From a virus (taxonomy: Duplodnaviria > Caudoviricetes), in the IMG/VR virus record IMGVR_UViG_3300044655_000343, positions 870-64,869 of that record: a DNA stretch of 64,000 bases; one strand, given 5' to 3'. A program made the translations under genes and the position numbers. Positions 25,932-35,300 of this stretch are shown in pieces. The notes under the pieces were generated by a model. The model saw only the letters and a list, made by a program, of their open reading frames with translations. It was not told the origin of the DNA and searched no databases. Position 1 is the stretch's first letter. The number at the start of each line of letters is the position of its first letter.

Positions 25932-26354
25932 ACGCTTGGCGGGATGACGGGGGGTTGCGCGGGGGGGTTTGGGGGGGATACCCCTTCGCTAATTTTTGAC
26001 CCCTCTAGTCGATTCCCAGATTGAGTAGGGATCCCCCTAGCTTGCCCTGTGTGGGGTTGTTTGTGTTGATGTCCTCCGGTAGCCCCAGAGGGATCCGGGA
26101 ACCCCATAGGAAATCGACAAGGGATTAACCGGGGGGTAAACCCCGGAGTGCTCTATTCTCTGAATAATCCTAGATCCCCTTTCGGGGACCTAGGATCTGT
26201 ATGTTTATATAATATTATAATTAACACTTAGGTTAACTAGGGTTACCCTTAGGTTACCTAAGGGACTATGTATTACTATATAATATAATAACATAATTTT
26301 AAAAACTTAAAGACAGTCTAGGTTACTCAAGGTATCCCTTAAGTATCTATCTAG

Positions 26355-26367
26355 TAGCCCCAACTAT
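26355..26367 (-). promoter_or_regulatory. Putative phage RNAP promoter motif ATAGTTGGGGCTA (copy 4, phiOR-like position)
   Basis: Overlaps the stop codon of the giant gene and points into the AT-rich end region. Confidence 0.65.
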
Positions 26368-29300
26368 TGGGCATTATCTAAGAGATCCCCTAGGGGACCT
26401 GATACACCCTTTGACATGTCTTCATACCGGACTCCGGCTTTGGCTTCCCTTGCCTTCTTAAGGGCTTGGGCTTCCAGCTCAAAGTTGCGAGGGGCAACCT
26501 TAGGTATCGGTGGTAACGACTGAGAAGAACTTTGTTTTCTTCCTTGGCTCTTTGCATAAGGATGTGGGTTTCTGTGAATCATATTCATGTAGGTTTGCAA
26601 TGTTCCCTTTTCTTCCAAAGCTCCTGAGACTTCTAGGGATCTAGCAGCCACAGCAATTGGACTTCGGTTTAACAAAGAGTTAACTGATGTGATATCACCA
26701 ACTCCCTTAGCAACCTTCATGTAATCAACTTCTTCATTACCTGTGATTCCTTCTACAACCTCACCAACGCCTCTACCAATACTTTCTGCAGCCCCGGTAG
26801 CAGCTCCCATACCGATGGACTGCATTGGACTACCATAGTACTTCCAAGTTCCACCAGACATGTAGCTCAGACCGCTTAAGCCAGACTCTAGAGCACCACT
26901 CCACATTCCCATGATAGGGGCAGACTTAGCTACACGAACAGCAAAGGCATGTGGGTTATCTGAGAACTCTTCAAGGATATCCTCGCCATCTCTTCCGGCT
27001 ATCCACTCACGGAGCAGACCGATAGTAGCATCCAGTGTTCCATAAAGAACTATGTTAGCAGCTAAGTACCGAAGTGTATCGCGGCTACCATAATCCAGTA
27101 TAACATTATCTTGGAACCCACGGATGTAGGAGCTAAGAGCATACCAGAGTTTACCAAGTGGTGTCTTGGAATCAATCGTAGTAACTCGACCTAAACCAAT
27201 AGGTTCAGGTGATGAGGTCTTAACCACCAGATCTTCTAGGGCAAGTCCATAAGAACTAATAGCTTGCTCTAATACTTCTGGTTTAATCCCAGCAACAGGA
27301 TGAGTCGTAGCATGCCAATATACATCAACCATGTTGTGTAGATTAACCCGACCTTCACCCTTCTTGTCAACCTTCTTAATTAAATATTCAAGATGTTTAA
27401 TCTTCTCGACAGAGTTTAAACCATACTTCATAAAGACTAGAGCTTCCTTTGGGTTGAACCCGAAGCCAGTCTTTCTAGCCAATGTGTAGAATTGTTTACG
27501 GAGCTGATTCTCTGCTCCTGCGCTTGTCTCTGCAGCTGCCATATAGTCCTGCATGAGTTTCATCATGGCAGGATCTTCTAGGGCGGTGAGTAGCTTTTGA
27601 ATTCTACCCTTCTTAATATGACCATAGATCATACGCTGTAGTCGGACCTTAGCCATTGATCTGGTAATATTGGTGATCGCTTGTAGCGAACCAATAGTCT
27701 CAGCAACTCTAGCTCCAGACTCTAGAACACGAACGCCTCTATCTATCAGACCCGTTGCAGGGCGAGGATTAATAAACTTACTCTTGATCTTAGATCCAAT
27801 TGTAGAATCTAATTCAAACGCTCCTTGATTTGCCTCACCCAAGAATCGGGAACTAAACTCATACTTAATATTCTCCAGACCGAAGATCATGTCTCCAAGC
27901 TCAGAGTTATTCATAAGAGAGTTCTTTGAGACTCGGAAGTCTCCGACCACAAACCTTAAAGCACTAATGAGATTACCCGGAAGATGTAAAGGATTTGACT
28001 TTAGCGTTTCCATCATAAGCTCAGGCAATGCTCCAAGGAAGTAACCAGTAGCAACCTTAACTTTCATCAATGCCAATAGGCTTCTTGCAGCCGCTTGATC
28101 CTGATAAGGCAGTATAGGAAGAGTATCTGCATTAGATGCATATTCATCCTTGAGTCTTTGAATACCTTCTGTAACATCTTGAAGTCTTGCAGCCAACTGT
28201 CCGGGTGTCCAGTTTTCAGCTTTAGCTATAGCCTCTATATCTCTTCTGGCTTCACTAGCTACATGAGGAAACACATCAGTGATTCTTACATTGCGAGAAC
28301 CCATGAGTCTATCAAGTTCTCTCTGGAAGATAAGTTCAAATACTCTACCATTCATAAAGTAATTATAAGACTCAGCTAGATTGGTTCTAATGTGTTTTAG
28401 AATAACAGGATCGGATAGTACTTCTTCAGGAATCAAACCGGGAACAGACAAAGCTGTCTCAGCTGAAGCATCAACAACCATTAGAGGTCTATCAATGTTA
28501 GTACCGGTGTTTCTCTGATACTCACTGTATGCACCCTTCTTTGTCTTGAAGTCTAACATCTCATTCATCTCAACTTCAATAAGCTCTCTACCTTTTAGGT
28601 AGTCTTGCCACCGTTGGGTATACAAAGACTTATTGCCGTTGACTGCTTCAATGTAACGAACTCTATCGGCATCAGCTAGTTCACTAATAACCGTAGGCAT
28701 TCGATATAATCTGATAATACCACTCTTAGGATCTGTAAGAACAAAGTGCTTTTGTGACTCAGCACCATTAGCTAGCTTAGCTAGAACACCCTTTTCACCA
28801 ACAGTAATTGGGTGCTCAGATACAAACAGACCCTTTAAAGTTTCAGGGCTAAAGCTCTGAGTTGACTCACCGGGTCTAAAGTCTCGCTTGCCAGCAAACA
28901 AGTCAGTACCTCTCGCCTCTTTTGATGGAGCAACATCTAGCCAACCAAGGACAATAATTGTATTGATATCTAAGATTGGTGACTTTAACTTACGAGTTCT
29001 ACGAGCCTTTACAAGACCCGCTACAAAGAGAGCACGATCAGTTGGACTCATAGCTGAGAAGCTTTCATGGTTCAACTGAACTGGCGCATACTTCATAGGA
29101 TCCAATGGCGTACCATCAGCAGCATTGCTATTAAACAAACCTGTCTCATTCTGTAAACCTAATATAGTTTGATTGGTCTGTCTTGTAATTTGTAACAACG
29201 AATTAGCTTCAACAGCAATGGACTTAGCTAGGTCTGGGGATAGACCAAGAGCAACAAGATCAGCAGGGGCAATAATAGTACCCTCTGAAAGCTTTGTATA

Positions 29301-32300
29301 ACTTAGTACACCAACAGCTCTAACTTTATCTAAAGCTAGTCCACTATCCTTTAACTTCTTATTAAGTAATAGTTGTTGTCTAGCAATACGAGTAATCATT
29401 CTGGCTTCATCAGACTTACATTGTCTTGCAGTTCGGAAAGCTTCCTTACCTGCTCCAACTAAATGTCCTGACTGTGCTCGGTTGTCTTCAAACAAACGAG
29501 ATAAGAATCGAATATTCTTCTGTAGATTTCTAATGGTCTTACCAGTCTGACTAGCAGCCTGTGTTGCATTAGCCATCCAACTATTCATTGCTCTCCACCA
29601 GTTTCTAGATGCTCGTTCACTACCACCAAAGATTGCTCCAATAAGACTTCCTTGACGCAAGAGCACTGATGCACTTTGTTCGGAGTCCTTTGTAGCAGTA
29701 TTAATGATTCTACCCATATCACCTCTAGGTGTTTCTTTTATAGGTTCTAATGGAATAGTTTCTGGCTTAACCGGAACTTCCTCACCAGCCTTAGGAGCTG
29801 GAGCTGGAGTTGGTTCAGGCGGTGTAGGCACAGGAGACTCTGCCTTAGTAGCATCACTTACTTTCTTTCGAGGAGTCTTAGACTCCTTGGCAACTAAAGT
29901 AAATGCAGTAGCATCCTCAGATGATTTAACAATATTTAATTCATCCAAAAGAATAGGAGGCATGTAAGCATCTCCAACTTCCTTAGCAGCAAGCACCATA
30001 AGCTGACGCTCTGATAGAGACTTGAAACCGGGAACAGTAGCAAGCTTCTGAACATTCTCAGCCCGTAGCTTATCTACCGAAATCCAGAACTTGGATATAC
30101 CCTCATCACCAAAGACAGCTCTGTTAGCTTCAACAATTGCTTTGTTGATAGTAACAAACTTTGTCCACAGCGACAACAGCGTAGGAGAATAAGTATCAAC
30201 TGCCTTATCTATATTCTTCATGCGTGTCCAGTAGTTCTTTAAGAATAACTTTAAGAACCCTTGGTCCATTCCATTGTCACGGAGTAGATCCTTATCATCA
30301 TTAACAACCCGCTCTATTCTTTCTGTCTCAGTAGTCTTAACAACTTCGGATACAGTCTTTCGTGGAGCAGGGGGAGCAATGCCACCTGTCTTAGTAACTC
30401 TAACTGGTGCGCCATCATTAGCTGCTGGTGGAACTGGGGTTGAGGGTAGGTCTTCCACAGGTGCTACAGCCGGAGCTGGAGTTGTGGTTGGTTCTACTAC
30501 CTCAACCTTAGGAGGTTCAACAACAGCTGTTACAGTCTGTACTGGCACACCTTTCTTAACCTTAATCTTGGTTACAGAAGGAACACCCGCCTTAACTTTA
30601 GTTTCAGTAACACCCTTAACAACTACAGGTGCATCAGCTTGAATTGGCATTACTACACCGTCTGAGAAGACGAGAGCATCAACGCCCATTCTATCTGCAA
30701 CCTTCATAGTGGATGCCATTTTAACTTCGTTAGCCATGAACTCAGCTGCGGTCATGGTCATTGGTAGTGGCTTCTTAGGAACAAACGACACAGCTTCTTT
30801 GGTTGACACATCACTGTTTTCAATGATGGCATCAACTTGCTTCTCTGGTCGTAGTACAGCTTCTGGAACATTACCAGTAACTTCCGAAGTAGCTCTAAAC
30901 AATGTACCCTCTTCCACCTTTGTAACAGGTGTCATAACTGGAGGTGCATCGGTCTTTTTACTTCTAGCAGCCAAGGCTTGCTTTTCTAGCAAGCGACTAC
31001 CAGCATCAACAGGAGTAGATACTGGCTTTGGAGTTGGCGCAGCTTCAGCTTGCTTAACAATCGCCTTAACTGACTCTGGCTTTTCTACTGCCTTAGTAAC
31101 AACCTGATCCATTTGCTTAACATGCGCTAGAAGAGAGTCTTGAGTTTCTACTAGCTTAGCCTTTGGATCATATTCAATAGCCTTACCAATAGCAACCATC
31201 TTATCAAATAATGCATTTCTGCGCGTGCCAATAGTTCTCTCACCAGTTTTCTTACCAAGAAGATCAACTGATTTAGAAGCTAATTCTTTATCGGACTCAA
31301 CAGTTAATAGGGCTTTAGCTAGTTGAACTTCTTCTGGAGTTAACAAAGTATTGTTTGTTAAATTATTCCATGTTAAAGCTGTATCAAACATAATAGCACT
31401 AAACTCTTTTTCAGTGGTAGGTTTAAATACCCCAGCATTAACTTTAGCTGCTGTTCCTTCTTGTGTAGCTCCTTCTTTAGTTTCTAAAGATTGAGCATTC
31501 TTATCTTTTCTAATCTCATCTAACTGTTCTCTTTTACGGATTGTTGAAGCAAGTCTAAGAAGTTGATTCTCAGTTTGTAATGTACCTTCTTTAATTTTTT
31601 CAATAAGATACTCTCTCTTATTATATAAAGCACTGATTTGAACTCTTGTGAGTTTCTTTTGTTCTAATGCTTTAATAATAACATCATCTAGATTATCTGC
31701 AGTAAGTTCTAGACTACCATCGGAAACTGCAGCAAGCGTTGCCTCTGCCTTTACCTTGGTTTCTTTTACTTTAGCTGCAGTTGCTTCTGCTGGAGTTTTA
31801 GGAGTAGTTACTCTTTTCTTCTTAGGTTTAGCACTTGGAAGTTCCCACTTACCAGAAGTTTCATTCAAGACAATAGCTCCAGTCTCAATCATCTTATGAA
31901 TACCAGCTAATGCTTTTTCAGGAGTCATGTCTGGAGTATCACTCATCTTTTGAATTAATGCTGCATCAATGTTCTTAAGCAAAGTAGGAATACTCAGATG
32001 AGTAATATCCTTGTTACTTAGGAATGCAGCAATCGAATCAATAGCAATGTCCTTGGAAGACCAAATAGGAAGATCCATATCCTTACGAATATCAGGAGTG
32101 AGTTTACTAAAGGTTCCTTCGTTGTAGATAGATTTAACTTGCTCTGGATTTAATGAAATCCAATAAGAAGTAGTAGGATCCATTTTAACTTCAATACCAT
32201 CATAACCTAATGTTTGTAGTGCTTTCTTTGTACCAGCATCTCTTCTTTTTTGTGCGCTATCAACAGACTCTCCAAAAATCTCTGAATGTGCGGTAACAAA

Positions 32301-35300
32301 GTCTTTAGAAGCTTGTTCAAACTTACCATCTTTGTTCTCATCTAACAACGATAAGATAATATTATATACAGGCATTTCCGGATTTCCTCCGGATAGTCTG
32401 TCTCTATTAATAACTAATGGATTTTCAACATTCATAAATAAAGGAAAGACTCTAGCACCACTTGGTTTATTTGGTTGTCTAGTACTTACAAAAGCAAAGT
32501 TGCTCGCTGTTTCTGGATTGTTAGTTGTATAAACACCTTCCCCAAACATACCGCCACCAACTTTAAACTCATTGAAATCAGCAAGTGTTGTTGTACCATG
32601 ATATACAATTAGGGGTTTACCGCTGGCATCAACTACTTTACTCGTACCAAAGAATTCTTTGAACTCAGGAGTTTGTGTAATCTCTTCAATGTAGGCACGG
32701 TTTAAACCTTCGGTGTCAAAGACACCTTCTGTCTTGAGCGTATCAATGTAATGCTTATGATGTACCAGAGTAACCAGATGAGCAATATCTGCAAAGCCAT
32801 TATTCTTATAATAGTCTTTTAAGGTATGCATCAACGGTTGGTTCAAGTATGGATCATTTCTTACTTGCTCTAGCAAAGCAAGTCTATTGGTTTCACTAAG
32901 ACTATTCTTAGCAGTTCCTTCAACAGACTTGTCTAGCAGTTCAATAAGCGAAGTAGCTTTGGTTCCCCAGAAGGTGTGTGAGTATCGACTAGGTTTATTC
33001 AGAGGATCTAAATAATTAGTAGCTTGCATCTGGGCTAGACCACGATCTTCATAAGTAGCAGCTAAGATGGTTTCAACACCACCCTGAACCGACTCAAAAG
33101 ATTCGGCTCCCATACTAAACAATCTTCGTTGCATGAACTTGATACGATCCTTTTTACTCATTCCAACTAGTTGTGCATAGTCTGGAGTAGTAAGTAAGAA
33201 GGCAGTCTTAATAAGCATAGATCCAAACTGGGTTTGCTTATATGTACTATAGACATCAACCAAGTCTTTCATATATACAGTAGGATTGCCCTTCATGTCA
33301 ATAGCTTGTCTGCCATTGCTCTTTAGGATTGTCAGTGCAACAATCAGAGAAGGATCTCTATCACCTCTCATAATGAGATTATATTCACCACTAGTTAACA
33401 TAGCTCTCTTAACAACTTCTGGACTATGCTCTGGTAGGTTCTTAACCATCCAGTCTTTTACAAAAGTATTAAACACATTGGGGGCAATATCACTTGATAC
33501 TGTCTGTGCATTTACTGCAGCTGCATATGCTCTTGATAAGTCTGGAACAGAGATAGCTTTAGATGCAGCCGTATCCATTTCAGTCAGACGATTAATCAAA
33601 CCATTAACAACAGTGTAATGATCTGAAGTATCAAACATACTAGCTGCAAGGATGATGCCATGTTCCATGCTGTTGATAATAGATCTAAAAGAAGATACTT
33701 CAATTGGAGCCATCTGTGACACAGCAAGCTGTGCTTCAGTAAATAGAATCTTTGAGAAGGACTGAACAAATACTTCTTCTGCATTCTGAAGATGATACGC
33801 ACTCAGGAAGTTAGAGGAGAGTAATGGATCAGTCATTTTAGCTACATCTAGATTCAATAAAGATGGTCCATAGTTTCTAGTGAGACTATTGTACATTTTT
33901 AAAGTGTCTACATAAATATCCGCTGTTGCACTTGATTGGAAGTAAGCATGCCCAATTTCATGTAAGACTGTAATAGCTCTTCGCTCTGAGTCTTCACCAA
34001 TCCATGAGCTGTTCATTACTATTGCATTAAGCTTTGGGTTGTAAGCACCGATTGTGGTGTACTCAATTTTCCCATCTGCATCTACAATTGAATCAATTTT
34101 AAAGTCTACTGCAAAAGCCTTGGAGTCAAAGTTTAAATGAACTACAGAAGCCAATAGAATAGCTTGGTCAATTTCATTAATGAATCCATTCTCTACTAGT
34201 TCATTGGTGAACTGAAAGAACTTCTCAGCATTAGCTTGGTTACCAGAGACTAATGAAGAGAACTTATTAATGTCATCCTTAAGTGCGTTGATCAAAGCCA
34301 TTCGCTTTGGATTCAACTTCTTAATCTTAAGGGCTTCCTTAATTGAGTCCGTCAATCTATTAGACGGTTTACGAGCCACACCACTGATGTCTGCCTTCAG
34401 GGCTTCAACAGTACTTGGAGTGACTGTGCCAGTAATAGCAACTTCAGTGATTGCAGCATCAAGGATATCTAAGACTTCCTTTGGAAGATCAGCACGGAGT
34501 TCAGCCTTCCTTGTGGGGTTAGCTACGATCTCTCGCGCTGTTCCCAGCAAGCTGACTGCAGCCTTTTCAGCTGCTTCATTCTTGGCTGCTAAGGAGATCA
34601 CGGTAGATCTAGCATCAGCTACATGTTCCGTAATAGTCTTAACAGGTTTCTTGACACCACCAAGACTATCACTGAGAGCCTTACGTTCTGGCTTGGACAG
34701 AGACTTAGTGTATTGTTTAATCATACTACGCCGCTGCGACTCCATAATCGCATAGGCTTTCTCACGAGCAGGGGTTAACTTACCTGCTTCCTTTTCCTTA
34801 AGTCTGGTTGTATTCAGATGTTCTTCGGATGCATAAAGAATCCGAAGTCTATCTGTAGTTCCCATGTCACCAAAGGTATCACCCGTCCCAGTAAGGGAAG
34901 CGCGTTCTTTAACCGCATCCCCCGCTGAGTTCTTACGAGATATCTCAGTAACAAACTCAATGATGTTGCTGAGAGTACCATTAGCACCTGTGCGTTCAGC
35001 ATAGGCTTGTCTGGTTTCGTTGTCCAGCCGTCTGGTCATAGGAACATCAGGGGTTGCTCTAGCGGCATCAGGAGTCACTGCAGCACGAGCATCAGCTCTA
35101 TTGACTGCAGTCTGGGTTTCATTACTCAACGTCTGTGCTGAGGGCTTTACACCCTCTAGTTCGGCTTCAGTAATGATCTTCTCATGGAGAGGTAGATCAA
35201 CTGCTACATCCTTACGACTTAACTTGCCTTTGTAGAATCCCAGAGCCTCACCAACGCTTGTACCTTCATAGGTAAAGCGTTTGTCTCCGGTCATACGAAC

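Larger units (their letters stand above)
25280..26363. other. Non-coding genome-end / terminal-repeat junction region
   Basis: The only large gene-free interval. It lies between the last late gene and the first early gene, and is rich in short repeats, palindromes, G tracts and an AT-rich block. Confidence 0.7.

Noticed and set aside
25435-26107. ORFs 25435-25620 (+) and 25799-26107 (-) in the end region
   Set aside because: They run through repeats and G/C tracts, give low-complexity translations and have no convincing RBS.
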